From a virus, in the IMG/VR virus record IMGVR_UViG_3300042892_003815, positions 32,001 to 96,000 of that record: a stretch of DNA of 64,000 nucleotides; one strand, given 5' to 3'. Positions 29,830 to 39,740 of this stretch are shown here, one piece after another. Numbering within the stretch: the first letter of the stretch is position 1; each line of letters opens with the position of its first letter. A program made the position numbers and the translations under genes. A model generated the notes under the pieces. The model saw only the letters and a program-made list of their open reading frames with translations, was not told the DNA's origin and did not search any database.

Positions 29830-30208
29830 GGGGATGTAATAGCATTGATTCTTAGTTGATTAATAATTATGCAAGTATCGGGTGGCCTACAATGACCGAT
29901 TAATAAATTAGATGGTACAATTTTAAACGGCAACGTTAATCAAGTAGGAACAAGTGAAGATTTAGTAGCTTGCTTACAAAACAATTTGATCTCTAACAGA
30001 GATTTAGTAGTAGCTTAATCAAATAAGACTAATACACCAAAAATTCTACAGCTGTGGTCACCAGTCTAAAAGTGAAACCTTTTTATTAGTACTTTGAGAT
30101 TCAAAAACTGATTATTTTGTAAGACTTAGAAAAACTTACTAAACTTGTAAACGAATAATTTGCGATGACTGAAAAGACACGTTGGGCAGTTCAACGTCAT
30201 CTCCACAA
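29830..30208 (+). ncRNA. ssrA: tmRNA (one-piece)
   Basis: 5' GGGGATG pairs with 3' CATCTCC (30198-30204) with G3:U70 and discriminator A. Helix 2 pairs (TGCAAGT/ACTTGTA), pk1-like ATCGG/CCGAT, resume context TAAAC|GGC at 29929, tag ORF ending DLVVA-stop at 30018. Fills an otherwise non-coding gap and is followed by a terminator. Confidence 0.9.
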
Positions 30209-30215
30209 CAAAATT

Positions 30216-30239
30216 CCCACTCAATGAGTGGGTTTTTTT
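30216..30239 (+). terminator. Intrinsic terminator after ssrA
   Basis: CCCACTCA-A-TGAGTGGG followed by a T-run. Confidence 0.8.
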
Positions 30240-30255
30240 ATAAATATATAAAATT

Positions 30256-30765
30256 ATGATAACAAAATTTGATGGTAGATATGGATTTTTATCAAACTTC
30301 TACCCCTGTAAAATAGAATATCAAGGTATTACTTACAATAGTGTCGAGACATATTATGTTGCAATGAAGTGTAATAATGACCAAATGATTGATGGTAGAT
30401 ACTATACGTCTGCAGACTTTAGAGAATTGGTTGCTAATATGGCACCAGGTAAGGCCAAACAATTAGGTAAGGTTATAAAAATACGCTCTGATTGGGATTC
30501 AAAGAAATTAGGTTTTATGGAATGGGCAGTTAAAGAGAAGTTTAAAGATGAAACTTTAAAGGAAATGTTACTAATGACTGAAAATAAAGAAATTATTGAA
30601 GGTAATTATTGGCACGATTGTTACTGGGGTCAATGTACTTGTGATAAATGTGCTGGTAAAGGTAAGAATAAGTTAGGAAAAATTCTAATGGATATAAGAA
30701 GTGAGTTAAATGGTACTAAAAAACCAAATCTCTTTGATGTTTTATTTAAAGACAAAAAAGCTTAG
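30256..30765 (+). CDS. NADAR (YbiA-like) family protein
   Basis: YGFLSNFYP, SVETYYVAMK, AKQLG, RSDWD, EGNYWHDCYWG, NKLGKILMDIR. Confidence 0.9.
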   Translation: MITKFDGRYGFLSNFYPCKIEYQGITYNSVETYYVAMKCNNDQMIDGRYYTSADFRELVANMAPGKAKQLGKVIKIRSDWDSKKLGFMEWAVKEKFKDETLKEMLLMTENKEIIEGNYWHDCYWGQCTCDKCAGKGKNKLGKILMDIRSELNGTKKPNLFDVLFKDKKA

Positions 30766-30783
30766 ATTTCTCTAAGCTTTTTT
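30754..30783. terminator. Bidirectional intrinsic terminator
   Basis: AAAAAAGCTTAGA-TTTC-TCTAAGCTTTTTT. Confidence 0.85.
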
Positions 30784-31922
30784 TAATTTCTGTTATCTTC
30801 ATATCTACCATTAGTTGATCTAAGTCTCATAGAATATCCTTTTGGTGGATAAGATTGTAATATTCCTTTAGAATAATCATCTGCGAGAACTTCTGTTTTA
30901 CGACTAAATATATTTAATGTAAGAACTTCTACTGGTTGTTCAACAATAACTTTCTTTTGATGAAAAGTTAAATACATAAATGTATCTAAGTATGGCCACT
31001 CATCAATATCAGTAGTATCCAAATCAATAAATAGTTTCATTTGTGAGTTTATAACATCTTGAAATGATAAATATCCCTCTTTTTCTCTAATCTCGTCAAA
31101 TTTAGATAAAACCCATTCATCACAAATGTAAGGTTTGTCCATTATCTTTCGTCCACAATTAGTTGTCCATACCAAACATCTACCAACAATTTTATCAAAC
31201 ATTTTAATTGCAACCATGTTGATCTTATCCAGATTTTTTGTATAAAGATCTAAATAACTTAATTTATCTGTCATACAAGATCCACCTAATGATGATTTAG
31301 ATGCTTGATAATTTTCTCTTTTATATCCTTCTAATATTTGTTTACCTTTTAAATACTCAACTTTAATGTGTCCACCAGTTTGATACAATACATAATCATT
31401 ATGAGTTTTTTCTACTTTTTTATTATCAAATAAAGATTCCATTTTAAATATATCTTTATATTGTTTAGAGAATGAATTTAAAAATCTACCAAATTTTAAA
31501 TCAGTACTTCTATTCTTTGTAGAATCTACTAATTTAATCATTCCTTTGGTTTCTGATATATCAAACCTATTATAATCTGGAAACATTCTTTTATCTTCTA
31601 TCGAAAGAATATCAATTCTTTTACTTTGAAAAAAAGTAAGTAATTTTTCGGATATTTCAAATTTATCTTTTAAGTTTTCAACACCATTTAGACCCAATAT
31701 AACAACACCATCAGTAAGTGTTCCATCACCTTCTTGTTTAAATGCCCAAGAGTAACTATAACCTAGTCTATCATTGGCTTGATTTCCTGATTTTTCGGGT
31801 TCATTATGACAAATATAGTAGTATGGATCCTCTTGTTGGATTTTACCTTCAATTTGCACACCATCTACATTTGCAATTACTCTACTCCCTGGTTTGTATT
31901 GAATACCTTTGTATATAAGCAT
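30783..31922 (-). CDS. Hypothetical protein, SCM...GRxLVW...MD domain family
   Basis: SLGGSCM, VGRCLVW, IMDKPY, WPYLDT. Confidence 0.75.
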   Translation of the reverse strand: MLIYKGIQYKPGSRVIANVDGVQIEGKIQQEDPYYYICHNEPEKSGNQANDRLGYSYSWAFKQEGDGTLTDGVVILGLNGVENLKDKFEISEKLLTFFQSKRIDILSIEDKRMFPDYNRFDISETKGMIKLVDSTKNRSTDLKFGRFLNSFSKQYKDIFKMESLFDNKKVEKTHNDYVLYQTGGHIKVEYLKGKQILEGYKRENYQASKSSLGGSCMTDKLSYLDLYTKNLDKINMVAIKMFDKIVGRCLVWTTNCGRKIMDKPYICDEWVLSKFDEIREKEGYLSFQDVINSQMKLFIDLDTTDIDEWPYLDTFMYLTFHQKKVIVEQPVEVLTLNIFSRKTEVLADDYSKGILQSYPPKGYSMRLRSTNGRYEDNRN

Positions 31923-31944
31923 AGTTTTCTATTTTTTATCTTGA

Positions 31945-31975
31945 CAAAAGTAATAAAAAAAAATTATATACCAAA
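31945..31975 (-). promoter_or_regulatory. Bacteroidetes-type primary-sigma promoter (TTTG-N19-TAnnTTTG)
   Basis: Minus strand reads TTTG, 19 nt, TACTTTTG upstream of the ORF starting at 31922. Confidence 0.65.
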
Positions 31976-32018
31976 CATTTTCCAATAAAATTATATAAAC
32001 AATAAAAAATATACAAAA

Positions 32019-32969
32019 ATGTCAATCATCTCATACTTTGGCGGTAAGGCCAACTTTCAATCCTTTATCACACCTAACATTCCAACAGATTGTAAAACAT
32101 ATATTGAGCCATTTTCTGGTTCATTTGCAATATATTTAGACTCTAACTTAGAATTTACTAATGTTGTATTTAATGATAGAAACAGACATCAAGCAAATCT
32201 AATGAAATGTTGTTCTCAACCACAAGATTTCTTAGTAGAACTAAAGTCTTTATTGGCACCAGGTGGATTACTTCACACTACTGAAACAGAATTAGATAAA
32301 AAATGGGATTTCTTTAAAGCGATTTATAGAACTTATGTTACTAATGATTTCTTAGATGATATGAACTTTGAAATTGGTGATTTTAAAGTAGGTGCAATTT
32401 ATGCATTCTTAATCACTTCAAGTTTTAGTTCAGTTTATCCGAGAGGTGGTGGTTTTACCGGATTCAAGAAAAAAACTAATAAATTGAACTTGCAAATCTT
32501 AATCAATAAGTTAGAGAAAAATAAATATACTGAAAGATTACAAAAGATTACGGATTTTCATAATTTAGATTTTGAAGATGTAATTACTATGTATGATGCA
32601 GAAGATACTTACATGTATTTAGATCCACCTTACGCTCGTTTTAACGACTTAAAAAATGATGATGATGGTAGAAGATTATTTTGGTATGGTTGTGATACAG
32701 AGAACACCTTTGGGGTTTCTTCACACAGACGCTTATTAGAATTATTAAAGAGTTCTAAAAGTAGATGGTCATTATCATATTACTATTTTCCTTTATTAGA
32801 AGAATTATTACCAAGAGATGAGTATCTTTGGACTTCAAAAGAATTTCATAGACCATCTGCGGTTATTAAAACTGAGGGAGTTGAGAAAGAAAAAGGTATT
32901 GAATTATTGATTATGAACTATAATCCTGAAACAGGAGAAATGTTAAACACTAAACAAGATGTATTATAA
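32019..32969 (+). CDS. DNA adenine methyltransferase (Dam/D12 class)
   Basis: YFGGK, YIEPFSGS, VFND, YLDPPY. Confidence 0.9.
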   Translation: MSIISYFGGKANFQSFITPNIPTDCKTYIEPFSGSFAIYLDSNLEFTNVVFNDRNRHQANLMKCCSQPQDFLVELKSLLAPGGLLHTTETELDKKWDFFKAIYRTYVTNDFLDDMNFEIGDFKVGAIYAFLITSSFSSVYPRGGGFTGFKKKTNKLNLQILINKLEKNKYTERLQKITDFHNLDFEDVITMYDAEDTYMYLDPPYARFNDLKNDDDGRRLFWYGCDTENTFGVSSHRRLLELLKSSKSRWSLSYYYFPLLEELLPRDEYLWTSKEFHRPSAVIKTEGVEKEKGIELLIMNYNPETGEMLNTKQDVL

Positions 32970-33207
32970 AAACAAAGATGTTAGATATGAGAATTATTGT
33001 AATATTATAACAGGTTTTCCAAAATATTACAAAGTATTTTCTGATGGATTTAGAGTAATTGATACTTATGATTTGATTAGTGTTCCTTATTATCGAAAAA
33101 TTAATGTTAAAAACTTAGTACCAATTGATAAAGAAGAATGGGATATAGTTGAAGATATTGTCTCTAAGACATATCAAAAACGTAGAGATCAATTCTTCGG
33201 TGGTTAG
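32959..33207 (+). CDS. Hypothetical protein
   Basis: ORF overlaps the end of the MTase gene. Confidence 0.6.
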   Translation: MYYKNKDVRYENYCNIITGFPKYYKVFSDGFRVIDTYDLISVPYYRKINVKNLVPIDKEEWDIVEDIVSKTYQKRRDQFFGG

Positions 33208-33235
33208 AAATAAATTAAAAAATCAATAAAAATTT

Positions 33236-33940
33236 TTATTGATTTTTTAATTTTCTATCTAATAATTTGGCAATATTTGATCCAATTAAATAGTGAATAT
33301 TCTTGATTCCATCAACCTCAATTGTTTCTATTTCATCCATAAATCTAAATTGAAATTTATATTTATCTTGATCTTCTGGGTCTTCTGTAATATCTTTATC
33401 AATCTTATGTATTGATAACTCAATATCATAACTATTATTGATATTTATCTTAAAATCGAATGTGGTTTTATCACAAGAAACCATTTTAAACTTAGGTTCA
33501 TATTCTACTTCAAATACTGAATATTCGGTAATCTTAGCTCTTTTCATATAATAGTTTAAGAACATCGCAGGTGCTTCAATAAAGTCGGACAGTATTTGTA
33601 TATCTTCTCCAAAGTTATTTGACTCAATAATATCATCAATTTTCTTTTTCATATCAATAATACTATTAAACTCGATCTTATGATAGACACAGTTTATATC
33701 ATAAAGATATAAAAATGAATTATCAATAATATTTCTTTTATTTAGATCAGTTTTAAAGATGAATTTGGTGTGTATAATAGATATGTCTTCAGTTGATAAA
33801 CCATGTAAACAAATTACAAGTTTTAAAAACTCTTCATCATCAGATTTTTCATAAACTGTGTCGATTGATGTAACTACACCTTCTTCTTCACTGAAAATCT
33901 CTTTAAATGCTTCTTCTATTTCTGATATTCTAATGTTCAT
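33236..33940 (-). CDS. Hypothetical protein (acidic)
   Basis: ORF track; coupled downstream of the NTase gene. Confidence 0.75.
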   Translation of the reverse strand: MNIRISEIEEAFKEIFSEEEGVVTSIDTVYEKSDDEEFLKLVICLHGLSTEDISIIHTKFIFKTDLNKRNIIDNSFLYLYDINCVYHKIEFNSIIDMKKKIDDIIESNNFGEDIQILSDFIEAPAMFLNYYMKRAKITEYSVFEVEYEPKFKMVSCDKTTFDFKININNSYDIELSIHKIDKDITEDPEDQDKYKFQFRFMDEIETIEVDGIKNIHYLIGSNIAKLLDRKLKNQ

Positions 33941-33942
33941 AA

Positions 33943-34683
33943 TTATTCAAATTGTTTATCATAAGCATATCTTTTAAGTTTCATAACTTTTTCAATATAC
34001 CCATTACGTCTTAATAGTTTGAAAACTAAATTACCTAATGAAAGTTCACCACCTTCACTATCTAAACCACTTTTTCTGTAGTTTTTTATTTTCTCCCAAA
34101 CTTTTTTAATCTTTTCACTAAATTGTTCATATTTATCCTCGTCTACTTCATCTTCTAAGTCATCAACTAACATCATTACTGACTTACCTTTCTCTCTAAT
34201 TTCCTCATCATCTGGTGTAAAATCAATTTTCTCTGGTTTTACAATCCATTTATTATTAAGTAGTGAGAACATACCAGATGCCTTATGATCTTCTGAGACA
34301 TCTTGTATATAAACTTCTACTTCATAACCTTTTATTTTAATATCATGATCCTTATTAAAGTTATTCTTTGCCGCATCTACATACTTTTTAACTAATTCAA
34401 TATCTTCACTTACGTCATTGAAGTTTATTAAGATATGTAAATCATAATCAGAATATTTTTCTGACCAGTTATAGTTTGATAATGAACCTGTTAGAACAAC
34501 ATCTTTAACATCTACTTTTAAATCAGTAGAATTATAAAAGTCTTGTGCTATTCTCAATAAATCTTCTCTAACTTCTTGATCAAGTTCAAAATCTGTCCAT
34601 AGTTTAGGATTCAACTCATCTTTTAAATGAAATGATTTTACTGGCTCAAAATCAGCTTGTACAAACTCAAAATATTTCTTCAT
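33943..34683 (-). CDS. Pol-beta-superfamily nucleotidyltransferase
   Basis: LTGSLSNYNW...SDYDLHIL (GS...DxD) and VEVYIQD third acidic residue. Confidence 0.8.
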   Translation of the reverse strand: MKKYFEFVQADFEPVKSFHLKDELNPKLWTDFELDQEVREDLLRIAQDFYNSTDLKVDVKDVVLTGSLSNYNWSEKYSDYDLHILINFNDVSEDIELVKKYVDAAKNNFNKDHDIKIKGYEVEVYIQDVSEDHKASGMFSLLNNKWIVKPEKIDFTPDDEEIREKGKSVMMLVDDLEDEVDEDKYEQFSEKIKKVWEKIKNYRKSGLDSEGGELSLGNLVFKLLRRNGYIEKVMKLKRYAYDKQFE

Positions 34684-34722
34684 AGTGTATATATTTAATT
34701 TAACTTTTGGTATCCAGTATTT

Positions 34723-37700
34723 TTAATTATCTAATTGTTTCCAAGCTCCATTCAAATAACAATAAATGTGTTGAGCAGCGCCTACTCCGTAAACCGCAAT
34801 CATACCGTTTACTGGGCTTGACGGAGCCGATGTTGTAGGTGTTAAAACTAATACTTGGTCTATTGTTACTATTCTACTAGCGAAGTCTCCTCCGATTAAA
34901 GGTGTTCCTATAGTATTGGATATATATAATTTATTATTTTCTGCTATTGAGGCAGTTGGACCTGAGTTAAACCCTATATAAACATTATTTGCACCATTTT
35001 CAAGAAAATAACCTGCATTAGATCCAATAGCAGTATTTCCGTTTGCAGTATTATTACGATATAAAGTATTATTACCAATTGCAGTGTTACTTGCCCCGGT
35101 GCTATTTTGTCTTGCCGCAGATACACCAATTGCCGTGTTAAAGGCACCTCCGTTAGTATTTAATAGTGCTTGCATACCAATAGCTGTATTTTGAGATCCA
35201 CTAGTATTTGTTTTTAAAGATTGAAAGCCATATGCTGTATTATAAAGTCCAAACGAGTTATTTGCCGCCAATGATTCTTCTCCAAAAGAGGTATTTCCGC
35301 TAACATTACCTTTACCGTTATTCCAAATAGTTAAATCTGTTGCGTTTGATTCTAACCAAGCTATTGTTGATCCGGTAGCACCAGTTGATCCGGTAGCACC
35401 AGTTGATCCGGTAGCACCAGTTGATCCAGTAGCACCAGTTGATCCAGTAGCACCAGTTGATCCGGTAGCACCAGTTGATCCGGTAGCACCAGTTGATCCG
35501 GTAGCACCAGTTGATCCGGTAGCACCAGTTGATCCAGTAGCACCAGTAGCACCAGTTGATCCGGTAACACCAGTACCTTGAATACCCTGGGGACCGATTG
35601 GACCTTGAGATCCTTGTGCTGCCAATAATGTCCAATTGATATGTGTTATATCTAAATCAGGTGATACTACAGATGCAGTTGAACTAACTGTCGCAACACA
35701 CCACCAAGATGCTGACGCATAACCAACAGCATCATTCATATTATAAAGTGAGTTATTACTCCAAGAACCTTGCCAAGTTAAACCAGAAACACCAACAGGA
35801 CCTTCGATACCTTGTGGTCCTTGTACACCAGAAGTTCCAGAAGAACCTGAAGTACCACTTGTTCCAGGTACACCTGTTTCTCCATTAGCAACCGCAATCC
35901 AATCAAAATTCTCAGCAAACATTTGTGTTGTAACTCTGAACCCTGAAGCAGTCTTATTTGTTATTGCCACATCCGTACCACTATTTGTAATATCGATGGA
36001 GATGGAATAATTTGTAGACCCGAATGGCTGCGCGAAGACAACATCATAGGCAGTACCAACCCATCCTGGGTCAGCTGATGAAACAATTCCAGATTTAGCA
36101 CTTAACCCAGTACCATCCGTACCTGAAGTACCACTTGTTCCACTTGAACCTGATGTTCCACTTGAACCTGATGTTCCACTTGAACCTGATGTTCCAGAAG
36201 AACCACTATCACCTTGTACACCTTGTGCACCCATCGGACCTTGAGATCCTTGTGCTGCTAATAATACCCAATTTATATTTGTTATATCTAAATCAGGTGC
36301 AATCACTGATGCGGTTGAACTAACTGTTGCAACACACCACCAAGATGCTGACGCATAACCAACGGCATCATTCATATTATATAAAGAGTCATTACTCCAA
36401 GGACCTTGCCAACTTAAACCAGAAACACCAACAGGGCCTTCGATACCTTGTGCACCTTGTGCACCAGAAGTTCCAGAGGTTCCAGAGGTTCCAGATGCGG
36501 TTGATCCTGGTGATGAAGTACCTGCAATTGCTTCTATCCATTGAAATAAACCGGTTCCATCATTAGAAAGAACCCAACTTGCGGTTGCGGTATTTACGGA
36601 ATTGATATGATCTATTGTTAGGCTATTATCTAAAACTATCGCAGAAACAGAAGGTCCATTTACAGTCATCTCTGATGATAACTGAATAGTATCCGTTGTG
36701 TTAAAAGTAATAGTATTGGTTAAGTCGACTAAAACCAACTCACCTGCCATTAAATTATTAAAACTTCCACTATTTACAAGATTTAACGCACCATTTGCTA
36801 TAATAACATGACCATAATTTTCTATTGATCCTTCTATTGTTAAGTCACCATATACCCAGTATTGTTCGTTTTCTTGAACAGTAATAACTTCACCGGGCGC
36901 TATATAATATTGTATATTATATGCATCTGATGGAAAAGGATTTGTCATTTGAAAATAAGTTCCATCATAAGTTAAACTATAAACACCATTTACTGTAATA
37001 TCATTTGAAATTAAATCTCTTAAACCTGTTTTGGTTGCAATTTTAATATCTTTATACCCTAATCCATTTATATTAATTGATGCAGTACCATTATTTACCG
37101 TACTAAACTTAGTTAAAAATATTAAATCATTACTATATTCATTGAATATTGGATCTGTGCTTACTGAATAAGTTACTCCACTTATTGATGTCGGTTCAAT
37201 ATAAAATACTTGTGTTACTTTTTCTTTTTTCCATACACCAGTAGGAAAATCACCTTCATATTTATACATTGAATTATTGTCACTATCTGTTCTAACAGTC
37301 ATACCATTAGTTGGTATAGTAGTATTCCAATATCCTGAAACATTAGCATCATATTCTACAATTATTGTACCATATGAGTAAATATCCCAGTTTGTACCTG
37401 ATGGAAGTAAACCTGGGATAGTTCCAAGTAAATATCTATCACCCGTATTAGGTTCTAATGTAGGTTCAACACTTAAAATTGAAATTACAGAGTCAACCCA
37501 TTCAGTTGATGAATTTTTATCTATATTAGTTTTTACCCAATTTGAGTTATCTAATATATCTGCATTTGTATAATCATATGTAAGTTGATATGTACCGTTA
37601 AGATCAGAATCAGAATCATTATAAACAGTTACTAACATACCCCACTGTCTTCTTGGAAGTGGTATAACTATCATTTCATCAAATGTTTCATATCCATGAA

Positions 37701-37800
37701 TACCTCCTTTTATCTCATTACTATATGCTGATGCAATTTGATCTAATGAGTCATTCGGACGAATTGCTGCTGATACTAAAGTTCCTATATTTTGTGACAT
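34723..37800 (-). CDS. Tail fibre / collagen-like virion appendage protein
   Basis: GxY/GxQ triplets, GSTGAT and SGTSGS repeats, duplicated 70-aa module, C-terminal NTA(I/Y)G repeats. Confidence 0.75.
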   Translation of the reverse strand: MSQNIGTLVSAAIRPNDSLDQIASAYSNEIKGGIHGYETFDEMIVIPLPRRQWGMLVTVYNDSDSDLNGTYQLTYDYTNADILDNSNWVKTNIDKNSSTEWVDSVISILSVEPTLEPNTGDRYLLGTIPGLLPSGTNWDIYSYGTIIVEYDANVSGYWNTTIPTNGMTVRTDSDNNSMYKYEGDFPTGVWKKEKVTQVFYIEPTSISGVTYSVSTDPIFNEYSNDLIFLTKFSTVNNGTASININGLGYKDIKIATKTGLRDLISNDITVNGVYSLTYDGTYFQMTNPFPSDAYNIQYYIAPGEVITVQENEQYWVYGDLTIEGSIENYGHVIIANGALNLVNSGSFNNLMAGELVLVDLTNTITFNTTDTIQLSSEMTVNGPSVSAIVLDNSLTIDHINSVNTATASWVLSNDGTGLFQWIEAIAGTSSPGSTASGTSGTSGTSGAQGAQGIEGPVGVSGLSWQGPWSNDSLYNMNDAVGYASASWWCVATVSSTASVIAPDLDITNINWVLLAAQGSQGPMGAQGVQGDSGSSGTSGSSGTSGSSGTSGSSGTSGTSGTDGTGLSAKSGIVSSADPGWVGTAYDVVFAQPFGSTNYSISIDITNSGTDVAITNKTASGFRVTTQMFAENFDWIAVANGETGVPGTSGTSGSSGTSGVQGPQGIEGPVGVSGLTWQGSWSNNSLYNMNDAVGYASASWWCVATVSSTASVVSPDLDITHINWTLLAAQGSQGPIGPQGIQGTGVTGSTGATGATGSTGATGSTGATGSTGATGSTGATGSTGATGSTGATGSTGATGSTGATGSTGATGSTIAWLESNATDLTIWNNGKGNVSGNTSFGEESLAANNSFGLYNTAYGFQSLKTNTSGSQNTAIGMQALLNTNGGAFNTAIGVSAARQNSTGASNTAIGNNTLYRNNTANGNTAIGSNAGYFLENGANNVYIGFNSGPTASIAENNKLYISNTIGTPLIGGDFASRIVTIDQVLVLTPTTSAPSSPVNGMIAVYGVGAAQHIYCYLNGAWKQLDN
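35366..35570 (-). repeat. 18-bp tandem repeat encoding GSTGAT (about 10 copies)
   Basis: ccagttgatcc[ga]gtagca repeated. Confidence 0.95.
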
Positions 37801-37816
37801 TTATATTCTTATTTTT

Positions 37817-38803
37817 TTAACTTATTATAATATTTAATGGTGAGTTTTGTGCAGTATTTGATATCCAAACTTCATAATTTGTCATAACACCATGTATATT
37901 GGTAAAACTCCAACCAGTTTTTAAATTTGTAAATCCTGTATTCTGCAGTCCGTTTACTGTAAATACTGGACTTGTTGCGTTTGGAACATTACTTGGCCAA
38001 GCAAAAAGTAGATAATTACCAGCACCATTTATATTTGTGTATGTCTTATCTTTAATCTTAGATAATACATTACCTGTTCCAACTCCTGCACCAGTCAACC
38101 CAAGTATTATAGAACTATTTATTGTAATAGAAGGAGCTAATATTGGCTCTTCGGTAAGATTTGGATTCAAAATTGATGTAAGATCTAATGATCCCCAATA
38201 TATTTTGTTCATCCAATCAAATGATGTGTTTATTGTTGTTATTGTTGTTGAATCATCACCAACCACCATTGTAAAGGTATTTGTAGTATAAACTTCAGGA
38301 GTACTCCAAGTTCCAGTTACTAATTTTGTTCCACTCTGATTATAACCTGTTGGTATAAATATTTGTCCATCAACAACAATCGATGTAATTATATTAGACT
38401 TCTTAGTAACATTCCAAGATAAAGTAGAATTTAGATTTTGTCCATACTCTTTATTAGATAAAGTAGATAAACTTAATACAGGTGAAACATATGGATATAA
38501 AAGAGCATCAAACATCTGCTGTACTGTATGTGGTGTAGAGAATGTTGTTCCTTCTGGAATACCACCAACAGTTATTGTAGTTGGGTTTGAATTTTGAAAG
38601 TATGGTGATACTGAAGACGCAGATACTGCTATTATTTCAACATCACTTATTCTCTCCCATAAAGTAAAGACCGCATCTCTTACATGATTTGCAAAAATCA
38701 AATTAGCATTATTATCTTTTACTTGATCTAATAAATTTTGTACGGTGGACCAACGTTTGGATTCGTAATTACTGGCAGTACCATATTTGTATAAAAATGA
38801 CAT
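37817..38803 (-). CDS. Virion structural protein (beta-rich), partner of the fibre gene
   Basis: Thr/Asn-rich; directly upstream of the fibre gene; late element at 38824-38831. Confidence 0.6.
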   Translation of the reverse strand: MSFLYKYGTASNYESKRWSTVQNLLDQVKDNNANLIFANHVRDAVFTLWERISDVEIIAVSASSVSPYFQNSNPTTITVGGIPEGTTFSTPHTVQQMFDALLYPYVSPVLSLSTLSNKEYGQNLNSTLSWNVTKKSNIITSIVVDGQIFIPTGYNQSGTKLVTGTWSTPEVYTTNTFTMVVGDDSTTITTINTSFDWMNKIYWGSLDLTSILNPNLTEEPILAPSITINSSIILGLTGAGVGTGNVLSKIKDKTYTNINGAGNYLLFAWPSNVPNATSPVFTVNGLQNTGFTNLKTGWSFTNIHGVMTNYEVWISNTAQNSPLNIIIS

Positions 38804-38882
38804 ATATAATTAATGTTTTTATGTATATATTAAAATATTATTTTCATAATAAATAAAAAAGAGAGTTAAACTCTCTTTTTTA

Positions 38883-39605
38883 TTATTGTTTTTTTATCCA
38901 AAGATAATAATCATCTGTTTTTTCAAAATCAAATTTTGTATAGTTCATCTCAAGAGAGTCATTTATTAAATCCGTTATTAAACTATCACTCAGTTTAGAC
39001 TCTATATCTGTATAGAATTTATCTTTATCCACAAGTTTATTTAGTCTTAAAGATACTCCAACAATTAAATCAATTTGTTGTTTAAGAAGTTCTTCATATA
39101 AATACTCTTTCATATTTTCTTTAATAATATCAAATTCATCTTTATTGTAAACAATTACTAATAGATCTTCATTTTCCCAGTTACTAATTTTAAACATATG
39201 TTTATCAGTATCAACTATGTCTATTTGACTTAAATTTGCATCAAAGTGATCTGCTAAAAACTTCTCTGCTTTAATGTCGGTTTTTCCAATACCTTTATAA
39301 AGACATTGAATAATTGAAGTAATTTTAAATTCATCTGATTCAAAGACTTTAAATCTTTCAAATGTTAAAACTCCATCAGTTTCCATATGAACTCTATCTT
39401 CAATAACATCATTTATAACCTGTTTAATACCATTGATATCTTTTAAACCATTTCTTTCTATAAACTTTTCAAATTTATCAGAACCATTTTTTAAATACCT
39501 TTTTAAGTTAGTAGGTTTGATTTTCCACTTATCAATATACTCATCAACTAGTTTATTTACTACTTGGTAATATTTATTTGCATCTTCTCTACTATTTATT
39601 GACAT
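38883..39605 (-). CDS. Hypothetical protein
   Basis: ORF track; internal TFERFKVFES motif. Confidence 0.75.
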   Translation of the reverse strand: MSINSREDANKYYQVVNKLVDEYIDKWKIKPTNLKRYLKNGSDKFEKFIERNGLKDINGIKQVINDVIEDRVHMETDGVLTFERFKVFESDEFKITSIIQCLYKGIGKTDIKAEKFLADHFDANLSQIDIVDTDKHMFKISNWENEDLLVIVYNKDEFDIIKENMKEYLYEELLKQQIDLIVGVSLRLNKLVDKDKFYTDIESKLSDSLITDLINDSLEMNYTKFDFEKTDDYYLWIKKQ

Positions 39606-39740
39606 TATTTAATTATCTTTTTTATTAGTGTATATATTAAAAACTATTTCTACTTTTTTAAATAAAAAATAATATTTTACTAAACAAACGACATGATTTT
39701 TGATATATAATCTTGTATAAAAATTAAAACAAAACAAATT

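Noticed and set aside
29700-29933. 77-aa minus-strand ORF
   Set aside because: Antisense to the peptidase end, terminator and tmRNA 5' end; no coding signals.
32019-32969. MTase as part of a restriction-modification system
   Set aside because: No adjacent endonuclease; orphan MTases are common in T4-like phages.
35318-36566. Short alternative-frame ORFs (35318, 35361, 36135, 36327) over the fibre gene
   Set aside because: Artefacts of 18-bp repeats in other frames; the same applies to 18650, 18918, 22954, 23418, 23437, 27908, 52021 and 55599.
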